Below, piece after piece: positions 47,851-60,268 of a stretch of 64,000 nucleotides of DNA. The notes under the pieces were generated by a model. It searched no databases, was not told the DNA's origin, and was given only the letters and a program-made list of their open reading frames with translations. The position numbers and the translations under genes were made by a program. The stretch is taken from NCBI GenBank assembly GCA_008632985.1, contig QPGO01000073.1, forward strand, positions 310,001 through 374,000, written 5' to 3'. The stretch comes from Psammoneis japonica (Eukaryota). Within the stretch, counting starts at the first letter, position 1; every line of letters starts with the position of its first letter.

Positions 47851-49846
47851 CTGTCTCCATTCTTTGCTTCACTCAAATCAGCACAATCTTGCATCAAGAG
47901 CTCTGCAAGAGCATTGTTCCCACACAAGGCAACAAAACAAGATTGTGCCCATGCCCTGTCACACAAACAACACCTCAAGTCATGCTGCTGACATCATTCA
48001 AAGAGATGGCAAAAACACACAAAATGTGCCCACACTCACCTGGGTTGCTTGTCTGGGTCTTGCACACAACAAGCAGGGCACACAATCAATTTTCCAGCTG
48101 CTGCTTGGTCAAAGACTGACTTTTGCTCTGCAAGTGGCAAAAGTTGAGATGTTTTTGTGTGGCACATTGGCCACACATGTTGGCAACAAGATTCGCTCAA
48201 AATGTCATGGCTTCAGGCAAGAGAAGAAAATCAGCAGCAACACTTTGACACAGCAGTGGCAACTTGCCATTTTCATTTGACAAAGCCCACATGTTTTTAC
48301 CATGTGAACAAGGTGCTTGCCACCACACTGGCTTTGAGATCTCTGTTTTCCCAAGCAAGGGATTGAAGACAGCCTGCAGTGTGCGACTGTTGTGTGCACA
48401 TCCACAATTGTGTGTCATTTGCACGTCAATCGCACCACAGTCGTGGATGCGCACAAAGGACAGAACGATCACACAGAGTTGATTGGATGTCAAAAATTGC
48501 AATCGCACCTGGACAATCTGTTGTCACGATTGTGTTCTCTGAAAGGCCTTTTGTCTGCAGAAGCAGTGCAGAAGCTTCAGGCCATTGAGAACTCGTTCGG
48601 AGAAACCAAAAATCACAGAACAAAATTCAATCTCACAATTTCCACTTTTTGCACTTTATTCTGCTTTTGTTTGCACTCGTTCTTTGAGCACAGTGCAAGC
48701 CCAGTCAAAAGCAGTGTGAGAAGAAGCAGCAAAAATGAGCCCAGAAGGGGCCACCAGAGTGGAGGCAAAGAAGGGGCATGTGACACAGAGCACGCAGGGT
48801 GCTTCAAAAAAGAAGTGGGGGAAGAGTCCTTGGGAAGGGCAGAGAAAAAGCAAGGGGCACATGGGTGGTGAGATGATGAGCAATGTTGCAGCCCTGACTT
48901 GTCCCAGGCTTGGGTGCAGTCCAAACTTTGGCACAATTTTCAACAGTTGAAATTTGACAATTTTTAAATGTGTTGTTGTGGGCACATGCAGAAAGGTCTT
49001 GTGCATGCACACACATGCACTCAAAACTGAGGATGGACCCCAAGTTGTTCATTGCTGAGCTGCGCCACAAGATGAGAGCTTGGTCTTCCAACGAGTGATT
49101 TGAAGCTGTGCTCTTGTGTGGAGAAACAATGTAAATCAGTGTTCTCCTGTACAAACCAATTCTTGCATGATGCGTGTGGCACAAACACTCTTTTGTTCAA
49201 ATGCGTGAGAGCACAATTTGCTCTCAAAAGACGACTCTCAACAAAACATTCATTGAGCAACAAGTTTCAGAAGGCACAAGAAGAAGCAAAGCTCAGCCCA
49301 TGCAATGGTGTCAACTTTGGACCCTTTTTTGCTTTTTTGTCAGCACAAACAACTGACACACTTGCACCAGCTGAACCAAACGGCAAAACAGCTTCGAACT
49401 CTGTTTCAGGTGGTCGAAAAACGATGACAAAGAATCTAAAATCGAGGAGCTCCTGGCCTTGCTGTCATCCGCGACAAACTCGTCAGTTTTCGATCATGCA
49501 TTGAAAAAAGACACAAGCATCCGCAAGAATCCACCATGGTGCTCCATCCACGTTGCTGTGGTTGCAAAGTCTGCTTCCAACTCTGTGAAACATGCACATG
49601 AATGTTTGATGATGGAACGGTGTAATTGTTCCCTGGTGCAATGACGATGATCTTTGGGAAGCTTCAGTCAATCGTCGGATGCATGTTCACTGTGTGCTTC
49701 TGACAAAGCTGCTCCAGCCAAGCAAGTGGGTCAATCAGTTGCATTCAACCAAAAACAGCAAGCATCAAAAATGCCAATGACAGGAGATGGTGTTTTGACT
49801 TGATGTCTTTCTGTCATTGAACGAACCATCGGAAGGAAGAAACAAA

Positions 49847-50634
49847 TCAATCGGACCTCTTGCGCTTCCTGGGGTTCTGATCTTCTTGCTGCAAGGAATC
49901 AAACAAATCAGGTTTCTGTTGAAACAGAGAAAACAGCAGACTCAGCCTTCTTGGGGCTTTCTTGTGTCCCGCTGTTGCAAACGCTTGTGCCCACACACCG
50001 GGATGGGCGTTGTCAACAGCCAACAAATGTTTTGCATGAGCTTCCATCAAGAGCAATCTTGCGGGTTCGTGGGCCATTCCCATTGCAAAATTAATTGGAG
50101 TGCGCCCCGATCTGTCACTGGCACATTCAAATTTGTGCCTCGTTCAATCAGCAAGTGTTTGACATTTTCATTGTTGCCGATGCATGCTTTGTGCAACGGG
50201 GTCTGTCCTGCTCTGTCCACTGCATTCAAGTCAGCACCATTTTGCATCAAGAGCCCTACAACAGCATTGTTCCCTACTCCGGCAGCTTTGTGCAGAGGTG
50301 TGGAGCACCTGTCATCTCTAGCATCCACTTCGGCACCATGCGACAGCAGCAATTGTGCTTTGGATGCGGATCTAAGTCTGGCAGGGAAGCCAGCAATTTC
50401 CTGCAGTGGCATGCCCCCGAAAAGTGGTGTCAAAACCTGGTTCACATTGGCACCGCATTCCAGGAGGAGCTCTAACATGGCGTCATCTCGGACTCCAAGA
50501 GCTGCTGTGATTGGAGTTTCTGGCATGCCACCCAGCGGTGCATTCATGTCATGTCCTGCTTGAAGGATGCTTCAAACTCAATCCACCTCTTCCCATTGAA
50601 TGGCATGAAAAAACTCATGAGATCTGGTGGACAT
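49847..50634 (-). pseudogene. Ankyrin gene copy 4, moderately hypermutated
   Basis: Full-length homology to copy 2. CGA->TGA stops at 50580-50578 and 50574-50572, and a frameshift at ~50122. Confidence 0.9.
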
Positions 50635-51499
50635 GATTGTCTGTCGAGTGAATTTCTCACACTTGTTTGGCTGCGATGATGAGCTGGGACAGTGAGTCCA
50701 AAGTTGATGGCACAACGGAATGAAGTGTGTCTTGCCTGACTGAGCTGAGGTGATCAAGTCTGTCGTTCCAACAGGCAGACTAAACTGGATGAGGTCAATG
50801 CCATGCACAAAATGATGCTCTAGCCAGATGTTGTGAGAGGAGTGGCTCTGATCTGGAAAGTGATCGACAGCGTGTTGTGGAGAGCAAGAAGCAATTTGGG
50901 CCATGTCGATTGCTGTTGGAGTTTTTGTTTGCACTGCGTGGCACTTCTGCGATCAAAATGAAAGTTCAGTCGTGGTTTCTTGAATGATGCAAGTCCATTC
51001 AATCGTGAGAGGTTCTGTGCATGTGGACACAGGGAACGTGGGATGATTCCTGTCATGTGCCCCCCCCCCCCCCTTGAATCGAATGAGTGAAGGTGAAGAG
51101 ACATTCAGAAAAGCATTTGAGCCAGGAGACACCAAAGGGCACAATCAACCATGCCCAAGTCTTCTTGGCACCTTGAATTTTGTGAGAATGTCTGCAAGTG
51201 TTGTCATTCCTTGGGGCCCAAAAAGTCCCTCTCAAACACCCCCCCACATGTCTTTGTTTGAACTTGTCCCATCTGCTGGCCACTCATGCTCCTCCAACAA
51301 GCAGCAGCCTTGTTGTCCAGCAAGAGGATGAAAAGAGCAGCAGCAAGACATTGAGGTTCAATTGAGTGGGTCCACTTCTTGGCTCCAAGGCGGGTGAAAT
51401 CGCAGGCCAACATGTGTGGTGCAAAGAGGTCAGCAACAAGTGCTCACCCCCACAGACTTGGGCTTTGCACAAGACCTGACAGCAGGGGTCAGAACAATC

Positions 51500-53150
51500 A
51501 AGTTGAAGTCAAGCATTGCCCACCAAAGAATGCCACAAATCCAATGGTTGATCTGGTGGTGTTGGGATGGTCTCCTGTGCCAGCTCTTGCATGGTGTGAA
51601 TGCTGCAAAATCAGAACAGCTGATGTTGTGGGCCTTGCACTGCAGAGCAGGAGGCTCTTAGATGGATCTCTGACTGGAGCTTGATTGAAAAATCCTGACA
51701 CTTTCAAAGACAGACAGAAAGACAGACAAAAGCACCAAAGTCTTTCACACCAGAAGGTTCAGCTCAATTCCTGGCAAGCTTGCAGGTGGTTGACAGGCGC
51801 CGTCTGTGAGGGCACCCCAGGGGTGACACCTTTCTTCAATCTCCTTGCTCAGTTTTTTCCCAAAAATGCAGCGTGTGCACACACAAGAAATTGAATTTTT
51901 GTGTGCTTGCATGCAGTTTTTGTTTTTTGAGTGTCCAAAGATGGGTTTTTGGAAATGTGATCCAGCGCTGCACTTGATTGATGGGTTTTGTTTTTGCCTG
52001 GGGCCAAGGTGGTGACTCCACAAAAGAAACAACAAGGGGGCAAGTGAGTCACAAAAATGACCCAGGCTGGCTGCAGAAGATGGCATGTCCCACGCTCTGC
52101 CTTGTGCTGGGGCACCAGATCTGAGCTCATTGTTGTCACTTTGGAGGCAGTGTTGCCAGCATCAGAGGCACAAACATCAGAAAGGCTTGTGTCAACAAAG
52201 TTGTCATCTGCTGGGTTAGAATGAGAGCATTGTTGTCATTGACCAAGTCAGGGTTGTCCTGAAGCTTGCACTCAAGAAACGTGTTTGTGAGTGCAAGGGC
52301 TTTTAGCATCTGTTGAGTGGCCACCAAAATCTGTCAACATGTTGGTTGTGGCACTGGTCAATGTTGGCAGCACAGCCTGCTGGCGTGCTGCCAAACTGTT
52401 GTCTTGCCAACAGCAAACAAGAGGAAACAGTGTGTTCTTCATGCTCATTTTCTGTTGAGCCTGCACACTCTGCTCCCATGGTGCAAGGCTGTGCATTGGC
52501 TCCCCATGGTCTTTGCAAGTTTTGACACAGCTCCAAAGTTGAGTCTAATGTGGTGTGTTTGTTGCAGCCCAGGTGTTGTTCTGCCATGGTGACATGGCAC
52601 GTGGAAGGCACAGTCACCATGAAGATGAGCATGACAACGGGTGGCTGTGTGCACTCAAAAGGCAGGTTGTCACATGGGCTGCAGCATGGGCTTTGTCCTC
52701 AACCATGCAGGTGCAGTGCATGTTCAATCTCCAGCATGAGTGTGCTCACCCTGTGTGCACAAGCTCAAACTCATTTTGGGCACAAGGACCTTTGGCACAC
52801 AAAATTCTCTGTCAGCCTTGACCATGCCAAATTTAAAGCTGTGTCCCTGGCACACACACACATTCCAGTTGGCCATGGAGACCACAAATCCAAAGTAGAG
52901 GGTGATGCCAATGGCCATGAGGGAGTGGCCCTGGTTCACAAACATGATGTTCATTGCCAAGACCACTTTGCAGTGTCATTCAAAGATGGGAGTGAGCACT
53001 TTGGCAGCTTTGCCAATGACCAGGCATCTGGCTGATGCACGTTGTTGCCCTTTTAAGTGCTCCAACATTGTGGGAGCCAACCAAAGTTGTGACTGGCATT
53101 GGTGACATCTCAGCTTTTTGCCAGGCAATTGACCATCTGGTTCTGGCCCA
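51500..53150 (-). mobile_element. Degenerate Ty1/Copia (diatom CoDi-like) integrase region
   Basis: NCLAKS*DVTNA..VGALK (NCPVT..D..NA..GALKGKT), VLAMNIMFVN (L..DIMFVN), FKFGMVKADREF, GEH..EIE, LPF and WGANAQ (FGAYVQ). Boundaries approximate. Confidence 0.7.
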
Positions 53151-54741
53151 CCAGTGTTTCCCAGCAAGTGTGAATTTTGGTCAACCAAAATGGGCATTTT
53201 GGACAATCCCAAACACTTTGGTGGGCCAATTTGCCAACCAAATCAAATTGGTCACAACCATTTTGACATTTGCAAAATTTTGGCCAAACTCATTTCCTGC
53301 ATGTTTCTGCACACTGCCAATGCTGACACAGCTTCTGCAAAAATTGGTGCAGTGTGCCAACATGCTCATTTTCCAATGGAAAGATTTCCTCCAAAGTGCA
53401 CCAAATTCTGCCAACCAAAATGAAGTTCTCGGAAACAAAGTCATTTTTGTCAGGTGAGCTTCAGTTTTGTCAACAATTTCGCACTGACCAAAATGAATGT
53501 TTTGGTTGGCCAAAGCACACATTTGGGGTGCATCACAGCTGGGCACTTGTGTGCTTGGTCAGAAGGTGCCATGGTGTGATGTTGCTTGGCTTGCTCTCAG
53601 TCAGTTGCTTGGTCTGCAAGCACCATGCTGTGCTTGGTCATGGCAATGGGCACGGCACACATGCTGCCTCTTGTGGATGAGAACCTTGCAAGCAATCCAC
53701 GCACACAGTGAAAACTTTGAAAGCATCATCACTTTGGTTGTCAAGTGCACTTGACTCAACAGTGCAGCTGGACTGTGGCCAAACAAGATGAGGGTGGCAC
53801 ACCTGAAGTGGGAAGTGCCACGATTCTGGAGAAATTTGAGAAAAAAGGGAACTCACTCTGCCAACAAGGATGGTGCATGCTCATGCCCAACATCAGCGTG
53901 CCTCATTTTTAGTGGCAGATGTTTGGCACTGCATCACATCACTGTTTGGACGAGTGCTGTGAGGGCTCAGACCAACATGCTGGATGGGCTGCCCAATGAT
54001 TTTTTCGAGTGTGGCTGCTGCGACATTGGCAGCAAGCACTCCATTTGTTTCAAGCCTGAGAAACTGAGAATTTGAAGCTCTTCTCGGATCTTGAATTCGC
54101 AAGAAATGCAAAAGTGGAAAAAATGCATGTTTGAGAAAACCAAAGATTTCCAGTTCTGGATTGCTCGCAGCACAGGCTTGTTGAAGGAAATGAAGCAACA
54201 AGGCATTAGGAAAAAAAAAGGTTCAAAACGGACAGTGGATGGGCTGTCAAAATTGTGGGTGGTCGGATGTTTCAAATGTGGGAAGCTTAGAATGCGCAGC
54301 CAAAAACGAACTCTGCCGAACAAACAAGAAAGTAGACTCGTGTTCTTAACGATTTCAGACCTCTCTGCTAGAAGCAGCACAACAGCCAAAAATGATTCGT
54401 TTCGATTCTGCTCTTGTTGCGCTGCTCTTTTCATGAAGTTGCAAAATGGCAGGTTCCATTTGGCATTGCGCGAGTCCTTTTGAAATCCACGGCTTGTCGT
54501 GGTTGAGGTGCTCTGCTTCGTGCTGCATAGTCCGATTCCCTTTTAGGAACAAGAGTGACAGTGAATGTAGTGCAATTTATAATAGAATTTGAGTCTGGCA
54601 TAGATTGCAACACTCTGATACAGACTGTTCTGCTTTGGAATCCAATGTTTGTCGTGGGAAACAAACTAATGCTGCTCGAAGAACAACGTGGTGTCTTTCT
54701 GTCGTTGAAGGAACAATGAAACATCGGAAGAAAGGAACATG

Positions 54742-55531
54742 TCAGTCGAATCTTTGGCGTTTCATTGGATTCTGATCTTGTTGTAAGTACCCAAACAAGT
54801 CGGGTTTCGTTTGAAGCAGAGAAAATAGCACACTTAGACCACCCGGGGTTTTCTTGTGTCCGACAGTGGACAACGCTTGCGCCCATAAACCCGGATGGGC
54901 GTTGTCAGTGGCCAACAACTGTTTCGCATGAGCTTCCATCAAGAGAAATCTTACTGATTCGCGGGCCTTTCCGATTGCATAATAAATCGGAATGCGTCCC
55001 CTGTTGTCACTTGCATTCAAATTTGCACCGCTTTCAACCAGCACGCGTGCCACATCTTCATGTATGCCAATGCATGCGTTGTGTAGCGGGGTCCGTCCCA
55101 CTCTGTCGACTGCGTTCAGATCAGCGCCATTTTGTATCAAACTTCGGCAACAGCGTCGGTACCTCCGCGCATGGCAGCTGCATTCAGAGGCGTGGAGCCC
55201 CACTCATCTCTAAAATCCACTCCAGCCCCATGCGACAGCAGCAATTGTGCTTTGGAGGCGGGTCTATGCCCGGGAGGGGAGCAAGCAATTCTGTGCAGCG
55301 GCGCAACACTGTAACATGTCGAAATCTGGTTCACAACAGCCCCGTTTTCAGGAGGAGCTCTAACATTGCGTCTTCTCCGACTTCGAGAGCTAAAAAGATT
55401 GGAATTTCTAGAAACCCACCCAACCCTATTCGCGTTGCGTTCACGTCCTGTCCTGCTTCAAGGATGCTTCGAACTCGATCCACCTCTCCCAATCGAACAC
55501 CCACAAAAAAATCATCAGAACTGCTAGCCAT
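54742..55531 (-). CDS. Ankyrin-repeat protein, copy 5 (two frameshifts; error or young pseudogene)
   Basis: ORFs 55331-55531, 55137-55334 and 54742-55203 join into one homologue of copies 1 and 2. Confidence 0.82.
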
Positions 55532-55853
55532 GATGGTGTCAGTTGATTCTGTTTCTCACAATCCGTTCTGTTGTGATGATGAGGACAGAGCAAACCGTTG
55601 TGCCGTCGCAGCAATAATAGCGAAATAATAGTTGCGCTATGAACGTGGAACGCGGGGGTGGGTTTCAGCGTGGATTTCGCGCCGCCGTCGACCGAACGTC
55701 TATCTCACCAGCTTCTACGGACTCGTGTTTGGATTTGCTGGCGTCAGATTATGGGAGGGGCCGATGGATTCCCCCCCCCCTTCCTCACCAAACGCGAGGT
55801 TTTGCGCCGTGACGAGCGACGACAACACATAACAATACCGCATCTCACTTACC

Positions 55854-56779
55854 ATGTCATCCAGTCCATACGAGAACAAGATTGTCCTCATTACGGGTGC
55901 TTCTGCCGGCATGGGCAAAGCCACGGCGCTGTACCTTGCTGCCAAGGGAGTAAAGGCCTTGACACTTTTTGCCCGTCGGCCCGAGAAATTACAATCGTTG
56001 AAAACGGAGCTCAATGAATCCTTTCCCGCTGTTGAAACGTTGGTGGTGGCGGGTGATGCAGCCAAGGCACAAGACAACCAACGAGCAGTCGAAGAAACCG
56101 TAAAGGCTTTTGGTGGAATTACGTCGGCCTTTGTGAATGCGGTAGGTATCGTTTGTACAGGACAAATCATGTGTAGCCTTATGGCATGAGAAGTCCCTGT
56201 ATCTAACGAGTAAACAACACGTGTTGCTTCTACACCATTCACGCAGGGAGCCTTTCGTGGAGGTGCTCCAATTCACGACTCGAGGACCAAGCCATTGAAG
56301 ACTCCATCAATGTCAACATAAAGGGCGTGATTTACGCCTTTCGATACCTCATTCCAGCCATCAAAACTACCGTCGGTGATGAAGGACCAACAGGGTCGAT
56401 TGTTGTCAATAGCAGTTGTATGGCCGACACTGTTATTGCACCCAAGAGTATTGGCTCGGGTATTTATTCAGCCTCCAAGGCCTTTATCAATAGTTTGATT
56501 CAAACTGCCGCGATTGAAAACGCCCCTCTCATCCGTGTCACCGGTGTCATGCCCGGAGTGATTCACACGGAACTAATGCCCCTGGATGGCGATTTATATG
56601 ACAAGATTGCACAAGGTGTGCAGCCGTTGTATGGAAGAGCCGGAAAGCCCGAGGAAGTGGCCAGTCTAGTGGGTTACTTGCTTAGCGACGAAGCCTCCTT
56701 GGTATCAGGCACGTCCATCAAAGTGGATGGACTTTGGTCCTTGGCGGGAGGTTCTTTTCCAGACATGAGTAAAGTATAG
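55854..56779 (+). CDS. Short-chain dehydrogenase/reductase; intron 56142-56246, one frameshift near 56280
   Basis: ITGASAGMG, NA|G, VNSS, YSASK, PGVIHT and GKPEEVA..YLLSDEAS..G..IKVDG. Confidence 0.93.
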
Positions 56780-56929
56780 CAGCATTATACTACTTCTAAT
56801 CAAAATGTGTCCCGATCGCTGATTCAAACTCTCGAACTAATGTTTGGTCTGAGAACTGATTTGTTGTAAAAATGTGATATGAAAAGCCGTTCCCGATCCC
56901 AGCTCGGGAGACACGTGACAGAGCAAACG

Positions 56930-58450
56930 TGATGTGATGTCGACGGAATCCTTTCAGAGTGCTGAGTGCTGGTGCTGATCTTTGATGACACCAGGTACGA
57001 TGCTGTTCAACGTGCAGCAAGAGACTACAGCTGGCATTGATTGCTTGATTCCAATGACACTCGAGGGAAATCATCCTTTGGGGTGGCACTGGAAAGAACG
57101 GGACAGAATGCACGCATCATGTCTTCAAAGGTTGGTTAGACTGCAACAGTGGACCTGTCTCCCTGCAAATGGCAGTTTGCTTTGTTTCCCAGAGACATTG
57201 CTCAGCAGAAACCTGGGCCATTTCTTGCAGCATGACAATCAGCACACTGGATCACCCAAAGGTTTTTCTCTTTCTGGCCTTTGCCAGTGGCCAAATGCAT
57301 CAGGCTTTGTCACTCTACATTGCATCATCTGCTGGAATCTTCACCAAAAGACAGAAGTTGAGCAGGCATCCCACACTTTGTGAGAAGATGCCAGCTCTGC
57401 AGCCGTTGCAGGAGAACTTTGCAGACAAACCTGTGAACTCAGAGAGAGCTTTGTTTTTGTCTTGGCCGGCTTTGCACCAACATCTTGAAAATGCTGCTTG
57501 GCATCAGCTGCAGCAGCACAAGTCTCATCACAGTTGATGTTGTCATTGACCCACAAGAGCATGTCACAAATCTCATCAACCATGGCACAATCTCTGGCTG
57601 GCTGGTGCTGTCATTGGCACCTGGAAATGCCTTGGTCAACTGTGAGTCAGGGGGGAAGGTCATTTGCTCATGGCACTGGGTTGCATGTTGGCACATGCAA
57701 GCTTGTTTCACAAACACTGTCTGTCTGTTGAAAGCACAGTTGGCAGTGGTGTGTCGCTGGGACTTGGTGGCAACAGCAGCCACCAGATCGCCAGAGCAGA
57801 GGACTTTTCAACCACTTCAAACAGCAGCTCTTTTGACAGCAAACTTCAGTGAACCAGTGCCCTTGCAAGCTCAGCAGCACTGTGGGTGGGCACGTCAACA
57901 CATGCCATTCTGGCAACTCAACAAAGCTGCAGTGCGAGCATTGTGGCTGACGACAGCAGTTGCCCAGAGGAGGCTTGTGATGGAAGACAGATGCACATCA
58001 TTGTTTGCTGTGCTGCTCTGACATCACTGTGCAACATCCATGTTGTAGCAGCCAGTGCTTGGCTGGTCATTCTTGCACAGTGTGGTGCCCTGCAGAGCTG
58101 TGTCCTCACTCCAATTGGAGCATGATCGCTGAAAATCCAGCCAAAACTTGTCATGTCACAAAACATCATGTGAGATGCAAACAAGCAATCATGATGTGGT
58201 CAATGTTTGCCAAATGAGAAACCCATGGATCAAGCAAGATGGAGCTCCATGCCAGGCATCATGTCACTCTCCTTGATGCACAGAACGAAAAGGAGCCGCT
58301 GCCGGAGGTGAGAGACACAAGAACGACATGCATGCTGTGGAAATGCACAGCAAACCTGCCAAACAATCTCTTTAGAATCAAATCAGCACCCTTCCTCTTT
58401 TCTTTCGTTGCTGAATCTCTGTTCTTGGGGCATGGACAGTGGAGAGGCAT
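56930..58450. mobile_element. TA-depleted degenerate repeat block
   Basis: Same dinucleotide signature, lying between two normal genes; family not recognisable. Confidence 0.55.
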
Positions 58451-58720
58451 GCATTGCTGTTGCGTTAGTTGCACAGACAAATTTTTGTCCATCCTTCGAT
58501 CCCTTACTTGTCGTCACGCAGACGCAGTCGTCATCCTGTCGTCATCGCAGTCAATTTTCGAATTTGGATTTTTGACACCGCAAAAGCTCATCAAGATGCT
58601 TGGACTGTAAGCCAAGCCGCTGCAAAGGCAAAGGGTATTCCAACTCTATCTTGCTAGCTCAGAACTGTTCCTAGCCAGCTCCTTGAGTGCATTAACCCTG
58701 CACAGTGCACTGAAATCACA

Positions 58721-60022
58721 ATGGCTGTACGCCCGTCGATCAGCTGGGCTACACTGTCTCGTATGACAGCAGCAATCATCTTCGGACTCTCTTTCAGCGA
58801 TGGGGAAGTGTCTGGCCGAGTGTCTTTCCGTATTGCTGTCTGAACGTGTTGATTATGATTCTTGTAGCTTGGATTGATTCTATAAAGGGTATCGACTTGG
58901 CCATTTCCGACAATGGTCACAAATTTCTTTCGATTCTCGTCTCCTTTTTGGTGGTTTCTCGCGTCACAATTTCTCTCGGACGCTACAACGCGGCGAGAGA
59001 ACACCTCGAGCACCTTTATACGGCAACGCGAGACGTTGTCCAGTTGGTTGTGCTTTACACTCGAGATCGGTCCGATGTGGGAACCAAAGAATGGAGAAAC
59101 AATGTCGCATGGCGAGTGATTGTGCTCTTGCGGTCCGCCATGGCTGTAATCGACTACGGCACGGACGGTATACCGGCGTGGGAAATACCCGAGCTTGAAC
59201 CATCAGAGCAAGCAGAATTAAAGTCTAACTTGTATCTGGGTGGAAGTGATTCCAGTGTCATTCAGTGGGCTCATGAGGAGAAGCGAACCGAGAGGGAAGA
59301 AAGTATGCGTGTCCCAGTCATGTTGGCATTTGAACTACGTTGTGCAATTCTTGACAACTCCAAGTACTTGGGAAGGTCTAGACGTTATTCTAGAGAAGAC
59401 CCTCCTTGAAAAAGTTGACCTCTTCATGAATGGGTACTATGGGTAAGATGTGTGATCTGCTCTAGCTACAAAGCGCACATTGATCAGTGTACCGCACATT
59501 CACTATTTCAACGTTTACTGTTTCTGCAGGATACAAAAAGGCATGACGACACCATTTCCGTTTCCGTTGGTACAAATGGCACAGACTGTACTGTTCTTCT
59601 ATGTGTTTACTTTGCCTTTGCCTTTGTGGACGACATGAGTAATCAGTTTGCCCTCGTTTGCACTGTTTTTGTCATTACCTATGGATTCGTTGGCCTGGAG
59701 AAGGTCTCTATTCAACTCGACCACCCGTTTGGGAATGATGCAAACGATTTTGACAATCTTCGAATGGCATATGTAAGAGAAAGCGGTGTTGGCTCCTCAA
59801 GGATCTGTTCGCGGTTTGTACCCTGTTAGGTTCTCACTGTTCTCTCTCTCGCTCTCTTGTGCTTTGCACTACTCCTAGACTGCCATTGAAGATGTCTATT
59901 TGATCATATACAAGGCAAATGGTCCTGAGTATGTTGATAAACTTCGAAGTAGGATGAAGAATGCAAAAGTTGACAAGCCGCTGCCGACGGAGCAGACATC
60001 CCTTCTCGATAGAAGAGTCTAG
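58721..60022 (+). CDS. Bestrophin-like anion channel; introns ~59443-59530 and ~59772-59878, frameshifts
   Basis: WGSVWPSVFPYC, SFLVVSR..GRYNAAR, TTPFPFPLVQM and GLEKVSIQLDHPFGNDANDF. Confidence 0.85.
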
Positions 60023-60268
60023 TAGATCTCTCTAAAGAGATGTTTGCTTTGCACTAGCTAGCTAGAGGGAGTTCATAACTCTTAACTTTTAACAATTCAT
60101 AAGTTCGTGGTCTTTGCGTCGATCTAGTAGGCCAATCCGCAGATAACGACTTGCGTTTTTTGGGAAGGGGCATGCCTTTGCATGTAGGATGCGCTCCCTG
60201 GCGTCGTCTCGAACTCATGACGCCGTGTAGTGGCAACGGACGTACTTGTCTGAGATTTAGTTGTTGCA

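Noticed and set aside
1..58450. Classical fungal RIP as the cause of repeat decay
   Set aside because: RIP raises TA and lowers CA/TG; the opposite is seen here.
1..58450. Foreign DNA, or an alternative genetic code, explaining the TA-poor blocks
   Set aside because: The blocks contain direct paralogues of neighbouring host genes and diatom-type TEs, and flanking genes end in normal TAA/TAG/TGA.
18259..58610. Hundreds of overlapping Cys/His/Gln-rich ORFs in all six frames within the TA-poor blocks
   Set aside because: They result from TAA/TAG stop loss and TG/CA gain. They have no coherent domains beyond the relics listed, so they are not real metal-binding proteins.
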